Below, one piece after another: positions 38,655 through 53,235 of a stretch of DNA of 64,000 nucleotides (position 1 is its first letter; every line of letters starts with the position of its first letter). The stretch is taken from positions 30,694,091 through 30,758,090 of the forward strand of contig CM119264.1 of the NCBI GenBank assembly GCA_051294375.1, written 5' to 3'. This DNA comes from Paraspadella gotoi (Eukaryota; Animalia; Chaetognatha). The notes under the pieces are model-generated. The model saw nothing but the letters and a program-made list of their open reading frames with translations, was not told where the DNA came from and did no database searches. The translations under genes were made by a program, and so were the position numbers.

Positions 38655-40791
38655 TTCCTTTTCCTTTTATCAGTTTTCCCTCCGACAATCTGAGTTCCTT
38701 TTTTCAGTATTCGTTTATTCGTTCATTCGTTCATTCGTTCATTCGTTCATTCGTTCATTCATTATTTCTTTTCTTCGTTTCTTCATTTGTTTGTATGTTT
38801 GTGAGTTCTTTCCGTCACTCAATAGCTGAATGGGTGGTTAGTTAGCTGGAGGAAGAGAGTATCTGAGTAGGGTCTAGCGGAGAGAGACTAAGAAGTGAAG
38901 GGTAAGGTATATTGTCACGGCAAACTGGTATAAAGACAGGTAAGTAAAAAATAAGAGGGAAAGGGGCTCCCGTCTATCTTGAATAGTTAGTTGAGTTACT
39001 ATCGTTTCTTAACCTACGTTTTTGCTCTTAAATATAATATATATATTTGAAAAGATTTTTTAAAAAAATATCTATAGTAAGAGATTGTAGAATGTTCTAT
39101 TCTTCNNNNNNNNNNNNNNNNNNNNNNNNNNNNNNNNNNNNNNNNNNNNNNNNNNNNNNNNNNNNNNNNNNNNNNNNNNNNNNNNNNNNNNNNNNNNNNN
39201 NNNNNNNNNNNNNNNNNNNNNNNNNNNNNNNNNNNNNNNNNNNNNNNNNNNNNNNNNNNNNNNNNNNNNNNNNNNNNNNNNNNNNNNNNNNNNNNNNNNN
39301 NNNNNNNNNNNNNNNNNNNNNNNNNNNNNNNNNNNNNNNNNNNNNNNNNNNNNNNNNNNNNNNNNNNNNNNNNNNNNNNNNNNNNNNNNNNNNNNNNNNN
39401 NNNNNNNNNNNNNNNNNNNNNNNNNNNNNNNNNNNNNNNNNNNNNNNNNNNNNNNNNNNNNNNNNNNNNNNNNNNNNNNNNNNNNNNNNNNNNNNNNNNN
39501 NNNNNNNNNNNNNNNNNNNNNNNNNNNNNNNNNNNNNNNNNNNNNNNNNNNNNNNNNNNNNNNNNNNNNNNNNNNNNNNNNNNNNNNNNNNNNNNNNNNN
39601 NNNNNNNNNNNNNNNNNNNNNNNNNNNNNNNNNNNNNNNNNNNNNNNNNNNNNNNNNNNNNNNNNNNNNNNNNNNNNNNNNNNNNNNNNNNNNNNNNNNN
39701 NNNNNNNNNNNNNNNNNNNNNNNNNNNNNNNNNNNNNNNNNNNNNNNNNNNNNNNNNNNNNNNNNNNNNNNNNNNNNNNNNNNNNNNNNNNNNNNNNNNN
39801 NNNNNNNNNNNNNNNNNNNNNNNNNNNNNNNNNNNNNNNNNNNNNNNNNNNNNNNNNNNNNNNNNNNNNNNNNNNNNNNNNNNNNNNNNNNNNNNNNNNN
39901 NNNNNNNNNNNNNNNNNNNNNNNNNNNNNNNNNNNNNNNNNNNNNNNNNNNNNNNNNNNNNNNNNNNNNNNNNNNNNNNNNNNNNNNNNNNNNNNNNNNN
40001 NNNNNNNNNNNNNNNNNNNNNNNNNNNNNNNNNNNNNNNNNNNNNNNNNNNNNNNNNNNNNNNNNNNNNNNNNNCCCCCCCCTTACCTCCCCCTCACTCT
40101 TCGATCGCCCCCACACACAAAAAAAAGAAGAAAGATTTTCTTTTCTCTTCGGTATTTTTTACCAACGAGTGAGACAGAGATACATCGTCTTTCCCTTCGG
40201 TCTTATCTTTCCCTTTTTCTTTCGCTCTCGTTTTCTTACCTGAAAAAAGTGAAAGGAAAAAAAAAAGAGCATCTTTTTTTTTTAAGTTTGCGCCGTGAGA
40301 TCTTGAGGAGTATTTACATTGTGAAGATGTCTGTCTGTCTGTCTGTTTCTCCCACTTATAAATTTGGTACGATCGATATAAAAATTATCAATTGATTCAA
40401 TAAATAAGCTATCTCGGCCCTTACTTTGGACAGGCTTTGGTGGTTTAAGGCCTCCATCACTCTTTCAAGATCATGATCTCTGCAAGCTTTCGATCAAGAC
40501 TCTCTCACAGTTCCTGGCTTCCTTTTCACTCCCTCGAGTTTAAGTTCTCATATAACTCTATTAACTCTATTAACACTACGTGATTTAAGTTAATACTTGG
40601 TAGAAAACTGATGTACTATGAGAGTCATAGTGTGCATACTTATTTAGTCACGTCGTTATCTGGAAAAGATCCATAAAAAAAATTATATGCGTCGTTTTAC
40701 TTTTTCCAAATTCAAAGTTCAAAAGGAGGAAAGAACCAACTTTATAACAAGAGCGCTTCTGGGAGACGATTCCAATGCAATGACGGTAATC

Positions 40792-40825
<34 letters not shown>

Positions 40826-41634
40826 NNNNNNNNNNNNNNNNNNNNNNNNNNNNNNNNNNNNNNNNNNNNNNNNNNNNNNNNNNNNNNNNNNNNNNNNNNN
40901 NNNNNNNNNNNNNNNNNNNNNNNNNNNNNNNNNNNNNNNNNNNNNNNNNNNNNNNNNNNNNNNNNNNNNNNNNNNNNNNNNNNNNNNNNNNNNNNNNNNN
41001 NNNNNNNNNNNNNNNNNNNNNNNNNNNNNNNNNNNNNNNNNNNNGGTCTTTCCCTGCCATGCCATGCCCTGCCATTCCCAGCGGGTCTCGCTGAAAGAAA
41101 AAAAGTTGCATTATTAGTTGCGTGATCATCGTGAGATTACGTCATAAGGTCACTGAGACATTTTCTATCTGTCCGTCTGTCTGTCATTTTTGTTTATCTG
41201 GCCGTGAGTGTCTGTTTGATGAGCGGGGTTTTCCGTCTCTTGCTCACCCTTCTGAGAGTATCAATATCACCGGATCTAATGAGTCTTTAGAGATCAAGAA
41301 CTGGAGGTAAGCAAAAGACAAGCATCGGTAAGCGATAGTATTGACAATGACCTCTCAGATAAGCTCGGCTTAGCTACGCAATTCAAACAATATAATCAAA
41401 TACTAAACCACTATAAACCAATACTAAACCATAAAAACCAATACTAAACCCCGACGATGGCTAATTAATATTATTGCGATCTGTATAAATGGAATCATGA
41501 TTAAGCAGAGTAATAAAATAACGAGCTGTATTGTTTGTAAACAAATATCAATTGTTTATATTTGTAAGCACTTTTACAAAAGGTAAATAAGATCGACGGA
41601 ATTATGACGAGAGTTTATGTCCAACATCCTTCTT

Positions 41635-41693
<59 letters not shown>

Positions 41694-41998
41694 AACATGT
41701 TAAAAGATCAACGTAATTAAATTAGTCTAAATTAGTAAATTAGTGAAGTAGTCCAACCAATGTAAAATTTGACAATAAAAAAATTGCTGTTTTTTCCAAT
41801 CTACGGAATTCACAAAATAACCTACTCCCATGACGTAAACAACAGACCACCCGACCACCCAACAAATCACCACCCGACCACCCAACAAATCACCACCCGA
41901 CCACCTTTTTTCCACTCGTCCAAATTGCCATCGGGTTCGGCTAAATCCTGGTGGTTGTAAAAAAGGAATTGAAGTAGTCGTTAATTTGTCCTCTGACG

Positions 41999-42030
<32 letters not shown>

Positions 42031-43434
42031 TTTGCCAGTGGAAACCCTTTGACCGCCGGACTTGTGAACCAGGGTTCTGGGCGCCAGAGGGTCTTAAGAC
42101 TGGGAAGGGGGTTTTAAGCGCTGGGTAAGTGGGGCCTTGGAACCGGCAAAGAGTTTCTTTGTGCTAAGGGCGAGGTTTAAAGCAGAAGGTAATGGTTACT
42201 ATTATGTAGAACTAAAAATTGGGTTCTGAGCGCCAGATAAAAAGGTTCAGATGATTGACAGGTCGATTGGTTAAAAGACGGTACAGCTGGGGAATTCTTA
42301 AGCAAATACTGTCGATTATTACCTGGTGCAATACGTTCTTTACTGTTTTTTTCAATTGCCAGGTGCAATCCAAAATGACAAAATGACATATCTGATTGTC
42401 TGGGTGCTATTCTCCGAGCAAAGATGTCTTAAATTTAAAATTGTTAAGAACGTGGATAGAAGTAGTTAAGGAATATTAGTTTTAAACACTTATTTAAATA
42501 ATATTGGAGGAAAATTAAGAGAACCTTTTTCGGTTTTTTTAATATGATTTTTGGCTGAGTTTATCTCGATTAGCAAGTGGGGCTTTCACTTCATATTCAC
42601 AATACAAGCCAGTTTAAAAACCCCGTTGACTGACCATCAACTGGAAGAAGACTTTCGGCAGGAAGATTCATTTTCCGGAATCCGGTTTTTTTTTCGGACG
42701 GCGAAGGACAGAATCTGGGATGGAAGGATCTCCGCCAACCCGGGAGTCTTGACTAAAGGAGAGAAAGAATAAAAAAAGGAGAAAAGAAAAAAAAAGAAAA
42801 ATAAAAATAAAAACGGAAAAGAAAAGAGAAAAGAAAAAAAAGGGGAAGGTACATTTAAGGAAAAACTCATGGATTTCTTTTGATCCGTTTCTGCTTTGGG
42901 TGAGGTTGATTCTCCTGCGATGGTAGAAAAAGGAAAAAGGATAAAGAAAGAAAATTAGAAAAAGGAAGATAAAAAAGAAAAGAGAAAAGAGAAAAGAAAA
43001 AAAAAGGGGGAAGGGAGAAAAAGGAAAAAGGATAAAAAAGGAAAAGAAAATGAATGAAAAAATAAAGAGAAAAATGGAGAATAAAATCCAGTGATTCTTT
43101 TATGTCTCCGTTGGGCAGTTGAGACTCGAAAGGTAAGTCGAGGTGAGGCGGGCAGAAGAGGAAAGAGGTAAGTTGTGTGAGAGACAGAGACGTTGGGTGA
43201 GATGAGGGTAGTGAACTTTTCAAGTGTGAAAGTGAGAAGAACATTTTATATCAACGCAAGATATAAAAAATGGCCAGGTAATCTTATTGGTTTGTTTTCG
43301 AGACGGAGCTGTTACCGTTATTTGACATTGTCTGTCTATCCGTGCGGATTAATTGACGGACGTACGGACGGAGCAGCTTTTTGACATATTTGAGTCAGCG
43401 AGAGAATAAAATGTAAATGTAAACTGGGAGGACT

Positions 43435-43523
43435 ATAATATATAATATATAATATATAATATATAATATATAATATATAATATATAATATATAATATATA
43501 ATATATAATATATAATATATAAT
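43435..43523. repeat. (ATATAAT)n 7-bp microsatellite
   Basis: Directly visible. Confidence 0.95.
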
Positions 43524-43725
43524 AAAACAATAGACCAACAAATTAAACAAAAATACTAGTAAAGATTATTTTTTGAAAAAAAAATCCAAAACTGCGAATC
43601 AAAAAAGTGAAATTTCTCTTTTTTCTGTTTCTTTGTTTTGTCAAGAATTTTTTTTGTTTTGTCTCGTTTTTTTTTTCTCGCGCAAAACATAAATGAGGTG
43701 GTTATTTTCTTTACCGGTTCATTTT

Positions 43726-43797
<72 letters not shown>

Positions 43798-44919
43798 TCC
43801 GCCTTTTCTCCACGATTCATATTTTCACCTTTGAACAAAAGAGAGAATTTCACAACAAACGGAGAAAAACTGCCGCCGACGAAAATAATGAGGGACTTGG
43901 CATGGCATGGCATGGCATGGCGGAGGCGCCGAGCGGGCGGAGGTCCGCGGCGCGAGACGATGAGGAGAGGCGCGAGGCTACGGAGATGCATGGCAACGTC
44001 ACTGTTGTACGAGAGCTTAAGATATTAAGTCAAACCTCAAGTTTTCTGACAATGACCGGCTGACGCGAATAATTGTTTAGATATGAGTCAGGGTTGCAGG
44101 CCTCTCGCTCGTAATTTCGGCCCAGAAGCTCCTGCCTGCTCCCGAAGAACCCAGGCGCTCGCCTGAACCCAAGATCCCCTGGGCAACTATCTGTTCCTCA
44201 GGACCCGCCTGCTATTGAGACCCCAGGGCACTTTTAAAAAAAGATGAAGGCGTCGCCAAACAATCTGCCAATGAGAACAACAAAAACAACAACAACAACA
44301 ACAGCAGCAGCAGAAGCAGCAGCAACAGCAGGGTGAAATATGTGGCAAAGTATGTGTGAGGCAAAGAAGGAGAGGGAGTGAACGTTTCAGGAATAATTAG
44401 AAGGGATGGTCAGGTAAGGGAAAATCAATGCGAAGGGCAAAGCTTAAGCAAAGAACAATGCTTAGAGCCAAACTAAACGAACCTAAAGGAAAAAGCTAAA
44501 GGCGAAGCGAAGGGCGAAGCAAAGGAAAAAGCAAAGCAAACCAAAAAAAGGACAAAGCTAAGGGCAAAGCGAAAGGCAAGGGCGGAGCCCAGGACGCGAC
44601 GTGACGCGACATTCGGCATTAACCTGTCATTCGCGTCTCCTTTTCTCATTTCCCTTTTGTTGTTGCGTCTTATTTTGAAGAATTTCCGATGGGTGGCGCC
44701 TTTTGTTATCGGAAATGGAGAATGCAGAGGGCGTGTCGTTGAAGGAATGTAAATACAGTTGGTCCGACGTGGATTGGTTTTGGGCTCGGGCTGTTGTGAC
44801 TGTCAGTCTCACTGGTGTTGCTGACTGCACTGGTTGACTGTTGTTGCGATTCTAACGATGACAACTGAGAATCGAGAGCAAAAAGCAGCAGGGTCGAAGA
44901 ATTATGCGTTTCGTAAGTC

Positions 44920-44963
<44 letters not shown>

Positions 44964-45584
44964 TAAATAAGAATGTTGCGTTGGACGGACGGAAAAAGAT
45001 GGTTTCGACATGCAGTATTGGGTTAGGAAAAATACACAGTGTTTAGTTAAAAATGACACTGCATCAAGTATTTATATATCTTATACTATATTTGCAGTTG
45101 GACAATGCAACATAAGCATAAGCATAACCATCAGCATGATATTTTTAGTCTTGATACTCATAAGGATCGATCGCCTATGGTAACTACCCTGCAGGAAGCG
45201 TGAGGACGGCCGTAAACCGCCTTTGGGCCTGGAAAATCCTCAAGCCTGGTTCCAAGCCCAGGACCCGTTCCATTGCTGTTAGATTATCATAAACTTAAAA
45301 AAAAAATACTGACTGAATATTAGTTGATTCACGAGTTGACTTGTAAACAAACACCCGGTAGAGGAAGCGACGGAGAAGAGAGCGCAAATGAATCGTGCCG
45401 AGCCCGTGAACGAGAGAGAGAGAGAGAGAGAGAAGAGACGAGAGAGAGAGAGAGAGAGAGAAGAAGAGAGAGAGAGAGAGAGAAGCAGAGAGAGAGAGAT
45501 AGAGAGCGAGACAGAGAAGAGAGGAGACTAAAATCGCCCAAACCGAAGAAACTAAAAGAAACCATTAGGAGTCAGGGGCAAAAC

Positions 45585-45640
<56 letters not shown>

Positions 45641-46034
45641 ATGAGAAGAGAGAGAGAGAGACAGAGACTGAGTCAGGGGCAAAATAAGTTTCCCATTAGT
45701 AGAACTCGGAAAGGAAGACGCGGTGGTTCGTTCTGAGTAAAATTAGGTGGTTAGGGTGGAGGATTGAAGGTGGCGACGATGGTGGTTTAGGTGGTAATGA
45801 GAGAAAGGAGAGGGAAGAACGATAATTACGGAGGTTAAATGAGGAAGAAAGCGTTCATTAATGGTGGTAAAAAAAGTCGTGAAAACCAGAAACAAAATAA
45901 AGACGAGAAAAAAATGAGTTAAAATAAAAAGACAAATAAAAACAGGTAAATAACAGACGTTTATAAAAAATTAGTATTTCAAAATAAAATAAACAATTTT
46001 TTTTTTCAAAAGATAGTCACTGTCGGATAATGAG

Positions 46035-46200
46035 AGTCGTTGACAGTTACATGAAGTTCGTGACAGTCGCTGACAGTTAATGACAGCCGCTGAGTGGCTG
46101 ACATTCACTGATAGATCTTGACAGTCAATGACAGTTGCTGACAAGAAATGACAGTCGCTGACAGTTAATGACAGCCGCTGACTGTTTTTGACAGTCGCTT
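46035..46200. repeat. Degenerate 10-bp repeat (TGACAGTCGC/TGACAGTTAA)n
   Basis: The TGACAG core recurs at roughly 10-bp spacing. Confidence 0.75.
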
Positions 46201-46358
46201 TTCTCAAAATGTCTGCGGGTCCGTGACTGGGCTGGCGGGTCCGCAACAGCGCCCGTAGATCGACAGCGGCGTCGACGGGTCGGCAGCGGCGGCAGGAGAC
46301 ACGGCAGCAGCCGACAGATGGCAGCGTCGGTGTCGATAAAAGTTTCGTCACTTCTCCG

Positions 46359-46364
46359 ATGATT

Positions 46365-46438
<74 letters not shown>

Positions 46439-46625
46439 AATGACGATGATAATGACGATGACGATGATGATGATAATGATGATGATAATGACTTTTTCGT
46501 CAAAAAAGTCTGACCAGAATTCATCTTCCTTCCCAATTCTCACCCGTCTTCGTCCTCGTCCTCCTCCTCCTCCTCCTCCTTCTCCTCCTCCTCTTCCTCC
46601 TCTTCCTCCACCTTCTTCGTCCTCA
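46359..46625. repeat. (GAT)n followed by (CCT)n trinucleotide tracts
   Basis: Directly visible. Confidence 0.95.
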
Positions 46626-47532
46626 CCCGTCAACTCACTCACTCTCACTTCAATTGTCACTTCACTCACTCTCACTCTCACTTCAAATGTCACTTCACTC
46701 ACTCTCACTTCAAATGTCACTTCACTTCATCTCTGAGTCTCTCACTTCAAATGTCAGTTCACTTAATCTCTGAGTCTCGCACCCATTCGAACAAGCTGCT
46801 TGTCACTCTTGACGCGAAGATGCAAGCAACGGCGTTGGCACTGACGTCACGAAAGGCCGATTTACAAATTGTTTAAAGGCTTATTCGTTTGTTATGATAT
46901 GTTATGTTATGTTATATGTTATGATCGCTTGTTATTCGTTATGATCGAGGCCCAGTTTACCCTTACGACTTTATTAAGTAAATGAAACGTTTTAAAAGTT
47001 AAAAGGTAAATAATTATGCAATTTCCTTTCACTAAACCCCCAAAAAGTCACAAAAAAACTCACCCGATAAACAAACAAAAATACAGTTTTTTTTCCGGGA
47101 CTAAGTTTTCATTAAAAGGACTTTGACAGAAATTCGAAATAACCGCTTTCCTCTCTCTCTCTTTCTCTTTGTAAGACAATCCGTTAATTATTTTCACACC
47201 CCTTTCTTTCATAAATATTTCTTTCACAACCTTTTTCACCTTTTCGCTTACCTATCAACTCGCTTCATATCTTTACACATCTCTTTTCACACCGCATCAC
47301 ATCTATTCACATTCCTTCTCACTCTTTTCCCCTTTTAACACTCTCACCGCATCGAGAGACTTTCGGAACCATTTTCTTTTTGGGTGACGAAAGAAAAAAA
47401 AAGAAGAAAAAAAGAAGAAAAAGAAAAAAAAAGAAAAAAGGGAAAAAAATGTCAAACAAGTTTCTCATTAGACTCAAGAAAACTCTTTTCACTCTTTTCC
47501 GCTTCACAGAAAAAGGGGCTTCGCCGAAAGGA

Positions 47533-47567
<35 letters not shown>

Positions 47568-48669
47568 NNNNNNNNNNNNNNNNNNNNNNNNNNNNNNNNN
47601 NNNNNNNNNNNNNNNNNNNNNNNNNNNNNNNNNNNNNNNNNNNNNNNNNNNNNNNNNNNNNNNNNNNNNNNNNNNNNNNNNNNNNNNNNNNNNNNNNNNN
47701 NNNNNNNNNNNNNNNNNNNNNNNNNNNNNNNNNNNNNNNNNNNNNNNNNNNNNNNNNNNNNNNNNNNNNNNNNNNNNNNNNNNNNNNNNNNNNNNNNNNN
47801 NNNNNNNNNNNNNNNNNNNNNNNNNNNNNNNNNNNNNNNNNNNNNNNNNNNNNNNNNNNNNNNNNNNNNNNNNNNNNNNNNNNNNNNNNNNNNNNNNNNN
47901 NNNNNNNNNNNNNNNNNNNNNNNNNNNNNNNNNNNNNNNNNNNNNNNNNNNNNNNNNNNNNNNNNNNNNNNNNNNNNNNNNNNNNNNNNNNNNNNNNNNN
48001 NNNNNNNNNNNNNNNNNNNNNNNNNNNNNNNNNNNNNNNNNNNNNCCATCTTCTTTTTACCTCGACGGTTTTCATTTCGGGTCAATGACGGGTTTTCCTT
48101 ATTATTCCGTCTTTATAGAAGAAAAGGAGGAAAGAAAAGAAAAAAAAGAAAGAAAACAAAAGGAGGATAGAAAGGAAAAGGAGGAAAGAAAGGAAAAGGA
48201 GGAAAGAAAAGGAGCAAAGAAAAGAAAAGGAAGAAAGAAAAGGAAAGGAGGAATAAAAGAAAAGAAGAAAAGAAAAGAAAAGGAGAAAAAAAAAGAAAAT
48301 GAAGAAAGAAAGAAAAGAAAAAGAGAAAAGAAAAAAAAGGAAGAAAAAAGAAAAGGAGGAAAAAGAAGAAAAGAAGAAAAGAAAAGAAAAGGAAGAAAGA
48401 AAAGAAAAGGAGGAAACAAAAGAAAAGAAGAAATGAAAAAAGGAGGAAAGAAAAGGAAAAACGAGGAAAGGAAAGAAAAAAAGAGAAAAAAAAGAAAAAA
48501 GGAGGAAAACTAAGTAAAAAAGAAAAGAAAAAAAAGGAGAAAAATAAAAGGAGAAAAGAAAAGAAAAAAAGGAGAGGAGAGTAAATTCTTTCTTTTTTTG
48601 GCCTAGAGACTTTTTGACCCCTTTATCCGTCCTCTTTTGTTCCTGGGCTCAAAGCCTCTTTCCTTCGTT

Positions 48670-49203
<534 letters not shown>

Positions 49204-49265
49204 AACAAAGAAAGGGAAATTGAAGGAAGAGAAAGAGGAAGAGCGAAGATCTTGAACAGACGAAG

Positions 49266-49412
49266 AAGATTTAAGGATTTAGAGGATTTGGAGGATTTAA
49301 GGATTTGGAAGATTTGGAGGATTTAAGGATTTGAAAGATTTGGAGGATTTAAGGATTTAGAAGATTTGGAGGATTTAAGGATTTAGAAGATTTGGAGGAT
49401 CTGAGGGATTTA
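49266..49412. repeat. Minisatellite of 8-9 bp GATTT-containing subunits with a ~26-bp higher-order period
   Basis: ggatttaaggatttggaagatttgga repeated about five times. Confidence 0.85.
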
Positions 49413-50631
49413 AATATTTTATGGTTTGATGAAATTTTCTTTTTTTCGAATTAAAAGTATTAGGCGGGCTCTTCAATTAGTAAATTTCCAAAATNNNNNN
49501 NNNNNNNNNNNNNNNNNNNNNNNNNNNNNNNNNNNNNNNNNNNNNNNNNNNNNNNNNNNNNNNNNNNNNNNNNNNNNNNNNNNNNNNNNNNNNNNNNNNN
49601 NNNNNNNNNNNNNNNNNNNNNNNNNNNNNNNNNNNNNNNNNNNNNNNNNNNNNNNNNNNNNNNNNNNNNNNNNNNNNNTTTTCCCAGTCTCCCAGATTTG
49701 TGTTTTGCGGTCCCAACTCTTCACGAATAACGGTCATAATGGGGAGGGTCATTTTTAGATGAATTATGGACTTTTCGAACCGAAGACTCGAAAATGTTGA
49801 GCTCAACAGCCACGCCCACAAACCTGTGGAGGCGAAGCAAATGCAAATTTTAAAGCAACTCAAAAATTATGGGAGAAAAGCGAAGATGGTGAAAAAAACA
49901 TGGGATGGTACAAAAAATATTAATCAATGTATACAAAAGATGCCAAATGTAAACAAAACATTAAGACCGAATTTAATTTTTATGCAGAAGAGTTATGCTT
50001 TTTGTAAATAATTTTTTGTTATTATTTATTTGATATTTTGTAACCGTTACGAAGGAAAGAGAGAGAGAGAGAGAGAGAGAGANNNNNNNNNNNNNNNNNN
50101 NNNNNNNNNNNNNNNNNNNNNNNNNNNNNNNNNNNNNNNNNNNNNNNNNNNNNNNNNNNNNNNNNNNNNNNNNNNNNNNNNNNNNNNNNNNGAGAGAGAG
50201 AGAGAGAGAGAGAGAGTCATCAGCAACTAGTGCGTATGACAGAAAACGATTTTAAATCGAGTTTGCAACTTGATACATGACGACTCGTCTAAGCCTTTAC
50301 AGCGGGAGGGAAAACCCAGTCTTTTTTTCATAATGTACAAAATCAATTAACTTTGTTTTTCTTCGAATACTAACACTTTTAAAATCATGTATTAAACAAG
50401 AGCGAATCATCTTTTTAATTCTCAACAACAATTTAACTAGAGGGATTTTCGAATCAAATAAGTATATAAGAAAGTTAANNNNNNNNNNNNNNNNNNNNNN
50501 NNNNNNNNNNNNNNNNNNNNNNNNNNNNNNNNNNNNNNNNNNNNNNNNNNNNNNNNNNNNNNNNNNNNNNNNNNNNNNNNNNNNNNNNNNNNNNNNNNNN
50601 NNNNNNNNNNNNNNNNNNNNNNNNNNNNNNN

Positions 50632-50662
<31 letters not shown>

Positions 50663-50993
50663 CATTAAATATTATTTTATTAATTATGCTCAATAAGTAA
50701 AGGATATTTTAATACCATAACAATTAAGTAGTTTATGTACATGTACAGGAACTTAACTATAATTTAAAGAAAGGTAAAAAAATCAACAATAAAATTACGC
50801 TGTGACCAAAAGTGACAGAATAATCAATGAATAAAAAAGACAAACTTTCATTCAACGTAAAATACGATTATCTATTAATTAATTAATATATTGTCTTTAA
50901 ATTTAAATGATAAAAACCGTTTACAAAAATTTTAAAAAAATGGAAAGAACAAAGATTAAAAATTTGTCGAACGCAAAACGGAAGCGATAAGAT

Positions 50994-51081
50994 TGCGGCG
51001 GCTGCGGCGATGGCTGCGGCGATGGCTGCGGCGATGGCGACGGCTGCGGCGACGGCTGCGGCGACGGCTGCGGCGACGGCC
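50994..51081. repeat. 12-bp GC-rich repeat (GGCGAYGGCTGC)n
   Basis: Directly visible. Confidence 0.9.
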
Positions 51082-51402
51082 GAGTTTTCAGCTGCTGAGG
51101 CTGACTGCAGCGAATGCGGCGGATGAACTTCTGCTTCTCATCAACCTCTTTTTTTATTACGCGGCGCGCCATTTTGATTTTATCAAATTTAAAATTAATT
51201 AAAAGTGGGGATCCTTTTTTTTATTTTAAATCTCTGCAAGCACACTAGAGGAAGCGGGCTAACTTTTTATTTAATTTTTGATTGGCGGACCAAGCAGTAA
51301 CGGTAAGCTGTTCTAATCTTTAAATTTCTTTTCTCTCATCTTTAATCTTTCTTTGTCTGTCTGTCTTTTTTAATAGCCTAACTCTTCCTACCACCCGTTT
51401 AG

Positions 51403-51448
<46 letters not shown>

Positions 51449-51622
51449 AGCTAAAATCGTTAGTTATACGATAATTACGTCGCAAACTCGACGCTAAATT
51501 TTATCTATTTTTTAACAAGATTACCCAAATTTAAAAAAAATGTTCAGAGCGGGGATCGATCCCAGAACCTCGAGAATCGAATGAAATCGGAAATTCGATA
51601 TCGAATTCTCGAATGATGAATA

Positions 51623-52984
51623 ATCGACGATTGGATGGAATCAAAATTGATGATTGGATGGAATCAAAATCGATGATTGGATGGAATCAAAATCGATGAT
51701 TGGATGGAATCAAAATCGATGATTGGATGAAATCGAAATCGATGATTGGATGAAATCGAAATCAATGATTGGACGGAATCAAAATTGATGATTAGACGGA
51801 ATCAAAATCGATGATTGGAAGGAATCAAAATCGATTATTGGATGAAATCGAAATCAATGATTGGATGGAATCGAAATCGATGATTGGATGGAATCAAATT
51901 CGATGATTGGATGGAATCGAAATCGATGATTGGAAGGAATCAAAATCGATTATTGGATGAAATCGAAATCGATGATTGGATGGAATCGAAATCGACGATT
52001 GGATGGAATCGAATTTGATGATTGGATGGAATTGAAATTGATGATTGGATGGAATCAAAATTGATGATTGGATGGAATCAAAATCTATGATTGGATGAAA
52101 TCAAAATTGATGATTGGACGGAATCAAAATCGATGATTGGGTGGAATCAAAATTGATGATTGGATGGAATCAAAATTGAAGATTGGATGGAATCGAAATC
52201 GATGATTGGATGGATTCGAAATCGATGATTGGATGTAATCGAAATCTATCATTGAATGGAATCGAAATCAAAGATTTGAAGGAATCGAAATCAAAGATTG
52301 GACGGAATCAAAATCGATGATTGGAAGGAATCAAAATCGATTATTGGATGAAATCGAAATCGATGATTGGATGGAATCAAAATCAATGATTGGATGGAAT
52401 CGAATTCGATGATTGGATGGAATCAAAATCGATGATTGGATGGAATCGAAATCGATGAATGGATGGAATCGAAATCAACGATTGGATGGTATCAAAATCG
52501 ACAATTGGATGGAATCCAAATCGATGATTGGATGGAATCAAAATTGATGATTGGATGGAATCAAAATCGATGATTGGATGGAATCGAAATCTATGATTGG
52601 ATGGAATCGAAATTGATGATTGGATGGAATCAAAATCGATGATTGGATGGAATCAAAAGTGATGATTGGATGGAATCAAAATTGAAGATTGGATGGAATC
52701 GAAATCGATGATTGGATGGATTCGAAATCGATGATTGGATGGAATTTAAATCTATGATTGGATGGAATCGAAATCGAAGATTGGAAGGAATCAAAATCGA
52801 TAATTGGATGGAATCGAAATCGAAGATTGGAAGGAATCGAAATCAATGATTGGATGGAATCGAAATCGAAGATTGGATGGAATCGAAATCGAAGATTAGA
52901 TGGAATCGAAATCGATGATTGGATGGAATCGAAATCGATTATTGGATGGAATCGAAATCGATGATTGGATGGAATCAAAATCGA
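51623..52984. repeat. 23-bp satellite array, consensus GATGATTGGATGGAATCRAAATC, about 59 copies
   Basis: Unit counted directly. The 23-aa periodicity of the overlapping spurious ORFs agrees with a 23-nt unit. Confidence 0.97.
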
Positions 52985-53235
52985 CTTTGCGTTTGGTTTC
53001 GTTTCTGGCAGAAAAAAAAATGTTGGTTCCGACCTCCGTTGCACATTTGTCTTTTTTGGTTTCCAATGAATCTGTATCGGTTGATTGATTTATTGACTTA
53101 TCGATTTAGTTATTTATTGGTTTAATGACTTAATGATTTTTTAATAATGAAGTTGATATAGTGTTTTATTGATTTAGTTACTTATTGATTTATTGTATAC
53201 CCCTCTCTCCNNNNNNNNNNNNNNNNNNNNNNNNN

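Noticed and set aside
44270-44400. PolyQ followed by EICGKVC as a zinc-finger exon
   Set aside because: The first Cys and the His ligands are missing, there is no ORF context, and a (CAA/CAG)n microsatellite explains it.
51623-52984. CRISPR-like array or repeat protein
   Set aside because: The 23-bp units are head-to-tail with no unique spacers; the context is eukaryotic; the unit length is not divisible by 3.
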